A DNA stretch of 62,020 bases, counting the filler, from Choristocarpus tenellus KU-1152 (taxonomy: Eukaryota; Protista; Phaeophyceae), in the NCBI GenBank assembly GCA_964200185.2. It is 13 parts of 13 records of this genome, joined end to end, with 100 filler letters (N's around TTAATTAATTAA, not from the genome) between each part and the next. Parts side by side here need not be neighbours in the genome. Positions count along the whole stretch, not along the records: positions 37,720 to 40,912 come from CAXNAD020021646.1; positions 41,013 to 45,028 come from CAXNAD020016655.1; positions 45,129 to 49,792 come from CAXNAD020013564.1; positions 49,893 to 54,166 come from CAXNAD020015343.1; 9 more parts are not named here. One strand, 5' to 3'. This document shows, one piece after another, positions 37,720 through 50,252 of the stretch. Each line of letters starts with the position of its first letter. The stretch's first letter is position 1. Position numbers and translations under genes: made by a program. The notes beneath the pieces are model-generated. The model ran no database searches. It was not told the origin of the DNA and saw only the letters and a program-made list of their open reading frames with translations.

Positions 37720-40620
37720 CAGATCTGGAACCATACAGAAGACCAGAAGAGGAGGTCCAAGGTCACGAGTCTACCGAAGACATGGAGTCTTCAACCACTA
37801 TCGACTTTGACTCGTCTAGTGTCAACTCTACTTCGTCCAGTAGCATAACACTTGCTGAACGTAGACGCTGTTCCCCACCCTTCCCCTCTTACAGATGGTC
37901 AGGCTCATGCCAGACCCGTGTCGTCGACCCTTGAGTATCGTGTTAGCTCGGGCGACCGTGACACTTGTCGGGTCCTGTTTCAGGAAGAACCAGTCCTGCC
38001 TCCAAGTTCTGCAACTTGTGAGGTGGCCATTTCACAGGCCAAGTTCGGTGATGCTGTACCAGCGTTCATCGTGCACCTCGTCAATGAGTGCGCAAGAACG
38101 AACATTGTGCCTCCTGAATGGCTTCAGGACCTGCTAAGGCTCCAAGTTCGGGGAACGGGCACCAATCATGTAAGATTCGTCGAACAGAGTAGTGATGTCG
38201 TACACCCACAACCGCTGTCAGAAGGGAGTCGTTTCAGGTTTTCCGCTTCAGAAATACCATCTGGTCTGACAATTACAGGTTCTGGAGAAGAACATTTGCC
38301 ACTCCTGTTCTCTAAATGGCACGTGGCAATATCCTTGCATTATAGTCAGTATGGTCTCGCATCTCCTGAGACGATTAATGCTCGGTGTGTAGAATTTTTA
38401 CCAAAAATTCTTCAAGGACCAGCTGAAAAATTTTATTTTCAGGTGTTGGCGGGTATGGTAGAGTGGCGTTCAACAAGTGATTTGGCTCGTTTGGAATCGT
38501 CTCTTAACACTCCTGTCCCCATTACATCTCCAAAGACTTGGGATGATGTCCAGAACGCCTTGATCACTGCCTTTACCCCCGCCCATGCTATATGTGTATC
38601 AGCCTGTAGACTAACGCCCTTGAAACAGGGAGAGAATGAGTCGGTCGGCAAATGTACTTTACGTTGCACAACAGCAATGAATTGTCTTTTAGATGATGTT
38701 CATCGTACAACATTGTCCTCAGATTCAGTCGACACAAAAACTTCACTTGTCGAGCAACTGAAAATAACCCTGATGGAAGACGGCTTACTCCCTGCGATTC
38801 GTCTTGAGCAGATTCGGGACGAACCTGCCGCCAGGTTTGCCCAAGCTCGTGACTGTGCCAAGCGGAATGAAGCTAACAATCTGTCTGGTAATAATTCCAC
38901 CCCAACAACAACTTACTCTAGCGCTGTGACCCATAATCCTCGTCGTGGACGGATCCCTCGGATAGAATTCGTGCAGTTACAACGTGAATGCCAATGGCTA
39001 CGTGTGGAGGTGGAAGGTCACCGAGCGGGGGAAGCACCCTTCACCAGGGCCCCAGCTCAGTCGTTGACAAATACACCTTCCACAGCCAGTGCCACTGACA
39101 ATACCTCGCGACCCCAAGACATGGCACACTACGCAGAGCCACCGCCCACACTCCAGTACACCATGGATCAACACCAAAGTAGTGTGTGCCAGTACCCGGG
39201 TTGCCGGGCAGCGACTGGTGAGGGTCACACAACCCAGTTGTGCCTAGACAATCCGAGGGGTGCTCGTCTGCCACACTTGAGTTGTAGAGGCAGGGGTCGT
39301 GGGGGTCGCGTTCGTGAAGATAGACAGTCAGTACCGGACCATTATGGCCCTCATCCCTAGGGGTACCCAGGTGGGTTTGGCTCCTGTCCACTTGGGAACA
39401 GCAATGGTGTTGTTGACACCATCGTAGGGAGTTGCAAGCGTCAGAGGTTGACACCAGTCGCACTTCTTGCCCCGCAGGGATTGTTTTTCCCTGCACACGT
39501 ATCACTAAGCATTTTTCTTTGCCATCAGTTCAACCAAACTCGTGTAATAATAATCAAACTTGGTTGAACAGTTCTTTGTGCAGATACCCATCCATGCCCA
39601 AACCCTTATTGTTTTCATCACAAAGGGTTCGTGTATCTGACACCGTTGAAGAACAAGAAGAAAAAGCCTAGACCATTGTCACAGCTAGTGATGTACCATG
39701 TATTTCAGAAATATTTGTTCGCAATCACTCTCAACTGGAACGTTTTGATGTGCATCCTGTCCCACCTGATGCAATGAATCTACGTACAGCAAACGGTTCA
39801 CCATTGCGAATCCGTGGATTTATTCGTTTTGCACTTACATTGGATTACACCAGATTCCCAGTTGAAGCTTTAGTGATTACCAAACTTGGTCCGGATAAAA
39901 TTCTGCTTGATAATAGTGTTATGCAGGCCTTCGGTGCAACCCTTGATTGGCAAGAATAACGTCTTTCATTCCACAACAGTTCATGTACCATTTCAGCAAG
40001 AAATCACATGACAAGGAGCCTCACTCAAGTACGTAATACAAGTACCACTCCTTTGTGCTCTATGTGTTCCACTACTGTGTTTCCTAAAGTGGGCCCGGAG
40101 TAATTGCGCAAGGAACAGGAATCCGACTTCGGACTATATTTCAGGTATTTGCAGTCCCCAAACGTCGCCCCACCTCCTGATAAGGGATCAACGACGTCCA
40201 TGTCGTACTTTTTCCTTTGTAATGGATTTCTGTATCCTTCGTATTTACCAGGCCATCGTCATAAGATGAGCACGTTTAGAGACCAGTTGGTCGTTCCTCA
40301 CTCCTTAGTCCGTCTTGTACTCCATGCTTGTCATGGCCATGAGTTGTCTGGAGGCCACTTAGGTTTCAAACCCACGTTCGGTAAGGTTAGAGACTCGTAT
40401 TGGTAGCCAACATTCAATATCCACGTTCGTACATGGTGTCGTGATTGTCAAGCATGCCAAACGCGTAAGACTGCTCATAAGAAGCCTATGCTTCCCACTG
40501 GCCATATGCCCGTTGACAGACCATTTCAACGTGTTGCTATTGATTTGGTAGAGTACAAAACACGTTCCCCAGCAGGAAATGGTGCGATGTGCTCGTATGT
40601 GTTGTCTGCCATTGCTGAAT
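37720..40620 (+). mobile_element. Degenerate Ty3/Gypsy LTR retrotransposon internal region: gag-like ORF, protease remnant, integrase N-terminus; RT/RNase H absent
   Basis: Protease-like LRTANGSPLRIRG...ALVITKLGPDKILLDNSVMQAFGATLDW at 39750-39959. Integrase zinc-binding region QLVVPHSL..LVLHACH...GGHLGFKPTFGKVRDSYW*P....VRTWCRDCQACQ, then PVDRPFQRVAIDLV at 40280-40610. Stops and frameshifts throughout pol. Confidence 0.9.
37852..39360 (+). CDS. Retrotransposon gag-like ORF (502 aa)
   Basis: Capsid-like LQGPAEKFY...TWDDVQNALITAF...LKQGENESV..GLLPAIR and a C-terminal CQYPGC..GHTTQLC knuckle, directly upstream of Gypsy pol remnants. Confidence 0.7.
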   Translation: MLNVDAVPHPSPLTDGQAHARPVSSTLEYRVSSGDRDTCRVLFQEEPVLPPSSATCEVAISQAKFGDAVPAFIVHLVNECARTNIVPPEWLQDLLRLQVRGTGTNHVRFVEQSSDVVHPQPLSEGSRFRFSASEIPSGLTITGSGEEHLPLLFSKWHVAISLHYSQYGLASPETINARCVEFLPKILQGPAEKFYFQVLAGMVEWRSTSDLARLESSLNTPVPITSPKTWDDVQNALITAFTPAHAICVSACRLTPLKQGENESVGKCTLRCTTAMNCLLDDVHRTTLSSDSVDTKTSLVEQLKITLMEDGLLPAIRLEQIRDEPAARFAQARDCAKRNEANNLSGNNSTPTTTYSSAVTHNPRRGRIPRIEFVQLQRECQWLRVEVEGHRAGEAPFTRAPAQSLTNTPSTASATDNTSRPQDMAHYAEPPPTLQYTMDQHQSSVCQYPGCRAATGEGHTTQLCLDNPRGARLPHLSCRGRGRGGRVREDRQSVPDHYGPHP

Positions 40621-41012
40621 CAAAACTCGCTGGGCCCAAAGGGTCCATAAAGCTCCAGATGCTTACGAAGCAGAGTTCTAACGCAGTTCGGGGGGATCAT
40701 TGCCAGGGGAAATAGGTCGTGTTAGCTTCCGTTCCATGGCAGTACAGTGGGTTTGTCTAGTGTGTATTCGGTGAAAGTACAAGAAAAGGTCGGGCAAAAT
40801 GTGTTGTTGTAAATTTCGATCTAGTGTTGAGGCTTATAACCTGTTGAAACCTGAATCGAATGCATCGTACATGTAGGCCAAAATGCGTAGACTACTAGCG
40901 ATGAGGAATCATNNNNNNNNNNNNNNNNNNNNNNNNNNNNNNNNNNNNNNNNNNNNTTAATTAATTAANNNNNNNNNNNNNNNNNNNNNNNNNNNNNNNN
41001 NNNNNNNNNNNN

Positions 41013-44000
41013 CTCCCCAGTTGACTGGGTACCCCCAGTCACAATCTCTGCCCCGGCACCACCCCCTCCTCCCTTGACATTCCGTGACTTCGCAGTCACT
41101 GCCACAGCAGGGGCCTCTCGACCCTCTGCCTGCGTCACCAATCCACTGATATGCATGAGGCCTGTAAGTCGCCTCTCCAAGGATGGACAGCAGAACACCT
41201 GAGATATCCACAAGTTGTGCAGGAAGGTTCGGGATAACAGACAAAATGAATGCAAGTAGTCCTACAATAAAAACATGCAGATAAAATAAGTTTTTATATT
41301 TTCATGTAGGAGGGCGAGGAAAAGGGAGGTTGGTTCTGCTCTTGCCACTTCAAATACTGTGTCATACCACCCCCTGCACAAGGAAATAAGAAACAAATAT
41401 GCAAGTAATCCCTCTCCCCCAACACAGAACAAAAGAGACAACACACTCTTCAACCACCTCACTACCTTCATGGCCAGGCCAAGTTCCAGCTGCTCCAAGC
41501 TCTCAGTCAGTGTTGCTGTGGCAAAACCCCCCTCTCCGCCCCCACCCCCTCCACCACCAGTATTGCCACCCCCACCCCCACCCCCACTCCCAGCCCCCAC
41601 CGCTAACTGCTTGAGTATATGCAAACACTCAGCCACATCAGCCTTAGTTGCAGTCCGCATCGTCTCCGGAGCCGCCATAAGCAGAGCACTGGGCACCCTC
41701 TCCTTAAGCATCCATGCTGTCTCCCGCGATGCCCTGGTTGTTGCACGAGCTAGTACTGCCTTGCCTATACGTAGTGACTCTAACACCTCCTTGAAGGAGG
41801 GTCGAGGGCCCCCCAGTCGCCTTATCACTGTGGCATATATACCCCCAGCGAACCCAAGACGGTTGATTGTGTCTAGGACATACATTGACACGCCTGTCAT
41901 TGTCTCCGGAGGTGGCCGTGGGGCCCATTGAGCCTCTGCTTCAACTGCAGCTGCAAGCCCCTCAGCAGCAGCTGACCCAGGAGTAGGTCCTGTGGTTGTT
42001 GCCACCCCATTGGATTCCCCAGTTGTTGCTTGGGATGAAGGTGCTCTGAGAACAACAACATGCGGCTTCTGACTCATGTCAATGACACAAACCTGGCCAT
42101 CATCATAGTGTAGAGTGTGCTGGGACTTGACTGGGTCAAATGCTGTCAACTGTGAGCCAGTGGTGTAGAGTGGTGTGGATAGAGTCGAAATTGGAGACAA
42201 AGTGAGCTCACTCGTGGTGTGAAGGATATTATTTAAGCTCTAACTCCAAGAGCACCCGTAACCTCAAGGATCAGCAAACAAGGGCATAAAGAGATGAAAG
42301 AGTGGAAGCAGAACACTGGATCTAAGAATGGTGGTATGTGGTGGGCGTGCTGCATATTCAAGTTCTGCGTACTCAAGTGCTGTTGAAAGCAAGGGCTCGC
42401 ACTGGGCATGGTGTCTGACTACATTCTTACTGCAGCCCAGAGGGACAAGGTAACACACACAGGTTGGGGTAGGGAGGAGAAAGGGGGCAGGCTCCCCATT
42501 GCAGCAACCTGCAACCTCTCAGAGTCAACACCAAAAGGGCTTGCCTCAACCTCAGATGGAGTACCATCAGCCACAGGGCAAGAGTAGAGTTACAGATTAC
42601 CCCCCCCTCTCGTCCATCCCCACACCTCGATCCAGTTCCTCCTGCTGACCTAACCCCTCCATTGCTTGCCCAGATATCTCCTCACTCCACCCACTCACCG
42701 TTCCTCGGTAGAACATCTTGTACCGTGCCCACCAGATATCCACTCGCACTCCTACATCCGCCTCGCTTCCAAGCACACTTCTCCCTCCAACACCTCCTTT
42801 CTTGGGGGATGAGAATCCTGGAGGTATTCGAGAAGGATCTCCTTTCTCTTGCTTTTGTTGTCCTCCCCCTTCCCTTGTCCCCACAAAGGATATCCATCGC
42901 AGACTTACACAAGCCAGGTCAACCATAGATGTACGTCCACTCTCAAACTCCACTTTGAACATAGAGTAAGTAAGGTCTTCCGACCCCCCAAATGACGTAG
43001 CTATATTCCGTCTAGTCCCCTCTACCTTGCCTCCCCTTGATCCCTCCCCCACATCCACAATTACCTCTGATTGTGACCATATCCCTGACCCTGCACATAA
43101 ACCTGAGCCTATCCTTCGCCCAATATCCTTTGTTTCAGTGCTGTTCTCCTCCTTAAAAGGACCCTCTAATATAACGGTTTTGAGCCATTTTTTCTTTGTG
43201 TCTAGAGAAATGTTGCCTGTCACTGTTGTGCTCCCAGGTGGAGGGGGTTCAGGATGTAACAGATCCCCATTGGCATCCAACACCTCTACACACCATCCAA
43301 CAGCATCATTCCCCACTCTGTGGTGGGATTGAAACAAGGCGTGGGGGCAGGATAGGGTAAAGAATGGTGAGCATGAGGTTCATGGTGTGCAGGAGGGAAG
43401 ATGTGGCGATGTAAGTCAATTGCTCTGCACTTATTCAACCGTACAGCCTTCTCATCTCTCTCATACACCCTAGGCTACGATCTACTATATCCCACACAAA
43501 TAGACACACGGACCTTTACTAAATTGGAGGAATTTAGTATGACCAGTCTCACTTGGAGCAAAGCCAGCAAAGATTGATTTTCCCGCGACTAAAGGGCGTG
43601 GTGTTTGCTCTCTACGCTGTCTGCACTCTCAAACCAAAGCCTGTTGAGCGTCCTCTTGATAGGATGATAGGGTATTAGAATATGCACAATGTAGCTTAAC
43701 CCTCGTCTTCTCTTCTTTCCCGTTGCAGTTCTTCCAAGTCCGTTAAAGCACGGCGAAGAGAGGAAACAGACCCAGGGAACAGGAGGAAGTGCTCCCAAAA
43801 GGCTCCAATGACACCCCTCAAGCGGAACGAGATGGGATAACATTTAGGTTGGGATAAAGTACCCTTCTCGCGCTGTTAATTCAAGCAGCCCTACTTAACA
43901 ACAAGACTAGCACAGGAAAAGCTAGTATGTGGGGGGAGGGGGTTCGTGTATCCAGACAACGATATCCACGCGAACCCTGGGTGGGTATCCAAGAACTTGT

Positions 44001-44508
44001 ACCTGAGTCCCAACTTGTCATCTGGCCAAAAGTATTGCGTCTGACCCTGATAGATGCGAACTCGAGGCGTGCCATGTTCCCTGTTGAAATTCATCTGCCC
44101 ACGAACAACTCCTTGTGTCACAGGGTAACGAGGAGGCACATCTTCTGTGCTAATAAGAAAATGCAAGATGTGCAGCAAGGGGCTGAGGTCAATGTAGTGG
44201 GGGCCATCGTCAAGAGTTGGGCACCGCAGGCAAGCATTGACAAATTCTTGGACTTCAGCGAAGAAGGATGCCGCATGCTCCGCTACGCGAACAGGCATAG
44301 AAGTCCTATGGAGGGCCTCAGTGAAGGAGGGGAGATGTTCGGCGATGAATGACCGCAACAATAGGTGCTCCCCCTCGGACGCCGTTGGACCTGCCCTCAG
44401 TACCTCTAGAACCTCGTGAAGACAAGTCCCAAAGGCTTCTATAGCAGCTAAAGGAGAATCCCGCAGCATTGCTCGAAGTTCGTCGGGTTCAACAATAGGG
44501 GAAGGCAT
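41013..44508 (-). CDS. N-terminus of a USP9/24/34-family deubiquitinase with Tudor-like domains; 4 exons, 3'-truncated
   Basis: Start CCACC-ATG at 44508. Exons 44508-44003, 43317-42699, 42149-41466 and 41198-41013; GT-AG, phases 2/0/0. YVLDTINRLGFAGG...LEQLELGLAMK|VFCCPSLERRLTGLMHI resembles the family's N-terminal helical motifs (INxFGxxGGF...LELALKxLxSPxLEKRxxGL). No catalytic domain on this contig. Confidence 0.75.
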
Positions 44509-46764
44509 GGTGGAAAGTAGAAGGCCTTGCCAGGGCCTGTGCACAACTCACGTTGTGGGAGAAGACTTGACCAACAGAAACCCGCGCGTAGAAGGAATTT
44601 CGCGCGGAGCACATTTTGACTGATGAAGAACAAGAGAAATAAATGTACATCCATAGGTACATGAAGAACATTACTACTGGTACTTCACATATACCTTGTA
44701 CCTACAAATCCCATCCCAAGGTCTTACTACATCTCCAGCATAAATTGGTAGTAGTATAATAGTAACTTCCACACCTTCAAACTTGACAATACAACTCGCT
44801 TATCCAATCACACCATCTGCCTTCAACTTCAATCTTCACCCCCTCAACCCTACTTCAATCGCCGGTTTATACCAATATCTAACTCTACGACCCATCATCC
44901 AATTCTCAACCTTACGTTGTCAACACATTAAAAAACACGTAATACCAATTCATACATATTCCTTACCTAATATGCTACAACACGAACAACTCCTGCCCTC
45001 TTCCCAATTTGATCCCCCCCCACTTCCCNNNNNNNNNNNNNNNNNNNNNNNNNNNNNNNNNNNNNNNNNNNNTTAATTAATTAANNNNNNNNNNNNNNNN
45101 NNNNNNNNNNNNNNNNNNNNNNNNNNNNGAAAAGAAAACCGGCTTTGGGCGGCTCACCCCCTGGAGTTGTTGGGGGACCCTTAATGGGACATTTCCCCCC
45201 CCCCCCCCCCCCCACCTGCATACATCAAGCAGCTCAGATCACCCTATCAAAAATGGAAGGTTCACCATATGTTCCAACAACAGAGAGAATACCCATCTCC
45301 ATTGGAATGTACACGTGTGCTGTTTGTACTCTACGACAACTCTTGCCCAGGCAAGCAGAGACGTTTGCATCCAACCTGGGTGCGTGCCAACCCTCTGCCA
45401 AACTTGGAGTGGAAAAGTGGAGGGCATACTGTATCTCAACTACTCTCGATCTGCTAAACACAATACTCCATGCTGCGCCAATCATATACACCACCAACAA
45501 CTTCAAAGTACAACAACAATCCCTAACCCCATCCCAAACCCCCACTAATTAGCACAGTTCGTTTCCCAATCAAATAAACATATCCCTCTTTCTAACAAAA
45601 TGATCAGATACCCAATCGAACAAAACATTGCTCTTCTTAATCAATTTCGAGAAATTCTCCACCAGCGTGACTTTCGAAATTACTACACACAACGGAAGAG
45701 ACCAATGTACTTGTGAAGAACAAACCAACAACATGTCTCCTCTGCACAATGCAAATGCAAGGATGGAAAGAGAGGGTCAGCTGATTTCACAAAACAATAC
45801 AACTACAAGTGGACCCAACAAGACCATGTGAAATATAGACATCAGGACCAAAGCACTCCGTCGACACTCGCATGCACCCCCTTTACCGCGTGAACAGGAA
45901 AGCGCCAATTAGTCACTTGTTCGGCTATGCTACTCCACCACGACAAGCCTGAGCCTTATGGGAGGTTTTTGTCCTCCAGAACAAGGCTTACACACTATAG
46001 ATCGTAGACAAATCGGAAAGGCCAGGTGGAAAGGTTGCCTCTAATCGGAAACATATATTCAGCTTGCCAGGGAGATCATAGCTTGTACGAATGGCCGACA
46101 AGTGTACCTAGTGAACACGCCTTCAAACTAATGTATGAAAACCATCATGTTTTTCCTGTTCAGTACCCCCGCAGTTTTTCTTGTTTAGATCCAAAACAGA
46201 GAATTGCTCGACTGCATAAGATCTCACCTCCAGAAGAGAACTATCTGACGGACTCCATCATCTAAAACATTTGCAGAAGAGAAGTCCAGTTCAAGATACC
46301 TTAAAAGAGGTAACCCTAACCCTAAACTTCTTTGTTCTATAGGTATACTATGGCACACACGACTTCACAAAACCTACCATACGTTCACTCTACCCCCACC
46401 AACTCAGTTCCTTGTGCACAAGCATAGAACATAATTTTCTGTTGGTCTAGCCCACAACTTCACCCATCCATATGTTGAAATAAGATGAAAAGTACTACAC
46501 CTGTTGGCACTACTTGAACAAAGCATTTACACACACTCGCGTGCGCGCGCGCAAAAGCCACAGGCATATATGAAGACCTGCAACAGAACATACACTCTTC
46601 AAATGGAGTGCTTGGTACACGGGGCTTATTCCATATTTGTTTTTCTTTTGCTGTAACATTCCAAGTACGCTGCAGCGCACCAAACCTATATACTCTGGAG
46701 TATTACATTCCAAAACACAAAAGATGAGTAGCCTATGTTTCAACACGGTCCAGACCTTCCTATA

Positions 46765-46890
46765 CTCTTCTCATATAACCCATCTTATGTAAAATATTCC
46801 GAGGAATCCAACAAAAAAATCCGTTTTGAAATCGGAGGTCATTCCGAAGAGTTACATGCATAAAGGAACAGACTTATGGGACAGAGGGAG
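46765..46890. mobile_element. Stowaway-like (Tc1/mariner) MITE
   Basis: Right end cttatgggacagagggag|TA is the reverse complement of TA|CTCCCTCTGTCCCATAAG; left end TA|ctcttctc is decayed. Confidence 0.45.
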
Positions 46891-47315
46891 TATATCTACA
46901 TACTGTATATATAGTATGAAGAGATATTCGACTAAGGTACATACACACATGCAAATATAAAGACACAAGGTGTACTTTGGGCAATACATAAATGTGTAGT
47001 TTGAGTATAACATGCTACTGCCTACTGCCCATACACTTACAACAAAAAGTGCATTTGTGGTACTCGTGCGTTTAAACCTGCCGTTCACACTACACCTTCT
47101 AATCACAATAATCAAAATAACTTCAAATACTATTTCACACAATCCATAAACCGCACATCCTGGGAAGAGACAGGGGGAAGACAACAGAGTGAGCGGTTGG
47201 TTGGATCTAACACGTCAAAAATAATAATAATAATAATAATATAGCAGAATGTAGGACATGTGGAGTGAAAGGCCCACGTAGGGCCACTAATCACATACCA
47301 TATGCGTAAAAACAC

Positions 47316-48617
47316 CTGCCAAGGTGTTGAAAGCCTCCATCTTTCAAGCTTTTGCCTTGCGCACTGGGTGTGTGCATACAGGACATTTGACTGGTTGTGA
47401 GTTTTGATGTATACTCCGGAGTGTGATATATATACATACATACTGTGTAGTGTATGTATAGATATGCATACATGACAGATTGACTCACACACATAAAACG
47501 TTGGGGTGGTGTACTGGCGGCAGGGACACCAGTCCGCATTTGAAAAAAGGGCTATTTCAGTTGGTGGGTAACTGACTAATCCAGAAAATTAGTAGAAAAT
47601 TCCTGATTCGCCACCGACCAAGAAACTGGCAGTCGGCAGTGTGACGCCTTGTTATCTACAGCTAATGGTACAAGCAACTCCACAAATAATACCATAAATG
47701 TTTTCTTGTATAGTTATAATGTACCACCAACAGAACAGAAACTGCTGGTCCCAGGGTTAGGAATATGTGTATCTTAGAGGGTAAGAGCCGTTTCCACTTG
47801 GGGTCCAAGATCCAACGTTGTGGTTTTGATGTAATTTCGGCTACATGTTTGTTAGGTGTCAATATCCTTGTTTCAGGCACACCTTTTCATAACATACACA
47901 TTTTACCTACTCCAAAACATTTCAGGAGTAGGAAAATGTCAAAAAGCCCTGTGGGAAGTCAAGTCCCAAACGGACAAACAGGGAAAAACTCGTACCCTAA
48001 CCCTAAGATACTTTCACTCTGTAGTAAAGAACCAAAAAGGGGTTGACAGCTGAAAGCGATGCCTCCCCACCTCTTCACTTCAACTATCAATTCCATACCT
48101 TGATGGTCAGTTCCACAACCCAACCCCAACCAACACAACGTCATCTTCTTAGTCTACTACACCTCCCTGCTGCATCTACCCCCACATTTGTACACCCCAT
48201 GCAAAGGCCCTTTTTTTCACATTGTTGAATTTCTTCCCCTTGCTCCACTGCTCCGTAGTGCTTCGATGAGATACATACATCATGCACCAATGGATGACAA
48301 AACGCCTCTCAAGGTCTTGAAACGTGCATCCGACGTAAACAAAATTAGAGAACATAAATTCGATTGCTACATTAAATGGCTCATTCCCACCATGGATAAA
48401 CATCCCACCCTCACCAAAAGTATTATTGATCAACATCGACACCTCCCCCCACCACATTCCCATCCTCCTATCCTACCCTCCTCAAAATACAGAAACGTCA
48501 GGTCTCACTTGGCTAGCTTGTTGAGTTCATACAACCTCACGCCGCTGAGAGCGGCATGGGATGGGTCCGTGCAAACAGGCAACTCCTTGTGAAGGTTCGC
48601 AAACTCAGGACCTACAT
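47316..48617 (-). CDS. Two putative internal exons of an unknown gene
   Basis: 48617-48509 (VGPEFANLHKELPVCTDPSHAALSGVRLYELNKLA) and 47363-47316 (NAQGKSLKDGGFQHLG); plausible splice sites and a phase-2 join. No homology recognised. Confidence 0.4.
47769..48019 (+). mobile_element. MITE family A copy
   Basis: gtatcttagagggta...ccctaagatactttcactc; internal sequence matches 20392-20654. Confidence 0.85.
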
Positions 48618-49966
48618 CTGGCGCAGAAGAAAAATCGAATCTTTGGGGGAAGAACCAAGAAAAATATATAGCCGCATTTCACACACAACACAGGGAGGGA
48701 GGGGGGAGGGGATACATGAGAGGAACAGAGGCAGGAGCAGGGAGGAGAGTCAAGGAAAGGGTCAGCGGTGTTGAGATTGACAACAGCAATGTTCAAAACG
48801 ATATAGACAACAAAAAATGCTTCTAAGGGGCCAGAGAAATATATGCAGTACGTAAAGCATCTTGATATTTATTGAAGCGATACCAGGGGGGGATACTTGA
48901 ATGCCACACTCATGTATAGTACACTAGTACAACTTATTATAATTAGATTAGACGAAATAAAATGAACTAAAAAAATTCCAATATGTTAGGGTGCCTTGAG
49001 ATAATCCCATCCGTCGATTAAGCTGTCGTTTACGAAGTTGATATGTTAATCATTTTGCGTTGTGGTTGATGACAGGAGGCAAGGCTTAGGGTGTGCTCAG
49101 CATGTACAACACACAGCGCCCTTGAAGAAGGCAAAAGATTATGTACTAGATTCTCAGCATGTACCTCAGCATGTACCTCACCCACGCCAAAAAAAAGGTT
49201 TGACTGATGCTGACCAGGAGAAGTATATATATATATATATATACTCGTATCAATTCATACACAAGCAAGAAAAAACTGCTAAAACTGATGCTGAGGACAG
49301 GAAATATAGACCGGAGTATAGGTCCATATCGTTCATGCACATGATTGAATCAAAGATTCTTTTCAGTCGGGCGTACGCACTTACATGCCTTAATTCCAAC
49401 CCCAACCCTAAGCCCTTACTTACGCACAGCAAAATAAACAAACACTATGATAGCATCCCAAAGTACAGCATATACACACGGTCCCGATAACCGGAGCGAT
49501 GAATAGGTATTGACAACAGGACAAGGGCATTTGGATCGACAGAAAATTTGTAACTATGTTCATTGAAACAAGGGTCATAGGTTTTGGGGTGCGGGGTGAG
49601 GGGGAGTAATGCAAAGATTGAGGAATAGCGCCTTCCTCTTTCTCCCAAAAGCAATATCTAGACCAACAGAATCAGTCCATTTGTCACATAGGCCTAATAA
49701 GACGCAGCATATGCCATGCAATCTACCCTGTAGTGGATAGAAGGGAGATCCTGTAAAACCGGCATGTGGGTAATTTACAGGTACAGTATTATNNNNNNNN
49801 NNNNNNNNNNNNNNNNNNNNNNNNNNNNNNNNNNNNTTAATTAATTAANNNNNNNNNNNNNNNNNNNNNNNNNNNNNNNNNNNNNNNNNNNNCTAATTGA
49901 TTGTTCCATTACTCCATAAATAATTTACCGTAACTGTCCGATAGAGTTGGAAGAGTCTAATCGAAC

Positions 49967-50252
49967 AAGTCATATTATCTTAGAGGGTAGAGTCGTGTCC
50001 ATTTGGGGGCCTGAATCCAATGCTGCGATTTTGATATAATTTTGGCTCTCGCGTGTTTGTTAGGAAGTGTCATATCCCTGTTACGGACACACCTTTTCAT
50101 CAATGTACACATGAAACCTACTCCAAAACATACACATTTTAGATATTCCGAAATGTTTCGGAATAGGAAAATGTCATATAAATACCCGTGGGAAGCCAAG
50201 CCCCAAATGGACAAACAGGGCTTAACTTGTACCCTCTAAGATACTTTATCTC
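49967..50252 (+). mobile_element. MITE family A copy
   Basis: tatcttagagggtag...gtaccctctaagatacttt with the shared internal motifs. Confidence 0.85.

Noticed and set aside
41359-41931. Long antisense ORFs (also 4780-5121, 15471-15893, 16710-17114, 56395-56937)
   Set aside because: Shadows of real exons on the opposite strand.
45239-45439. AWARVV...WVFSLL, faintly like a hAT dimerisation domain
   Set aside because: The key SxxxER motif is absent; chance similarity cannot be excluded.
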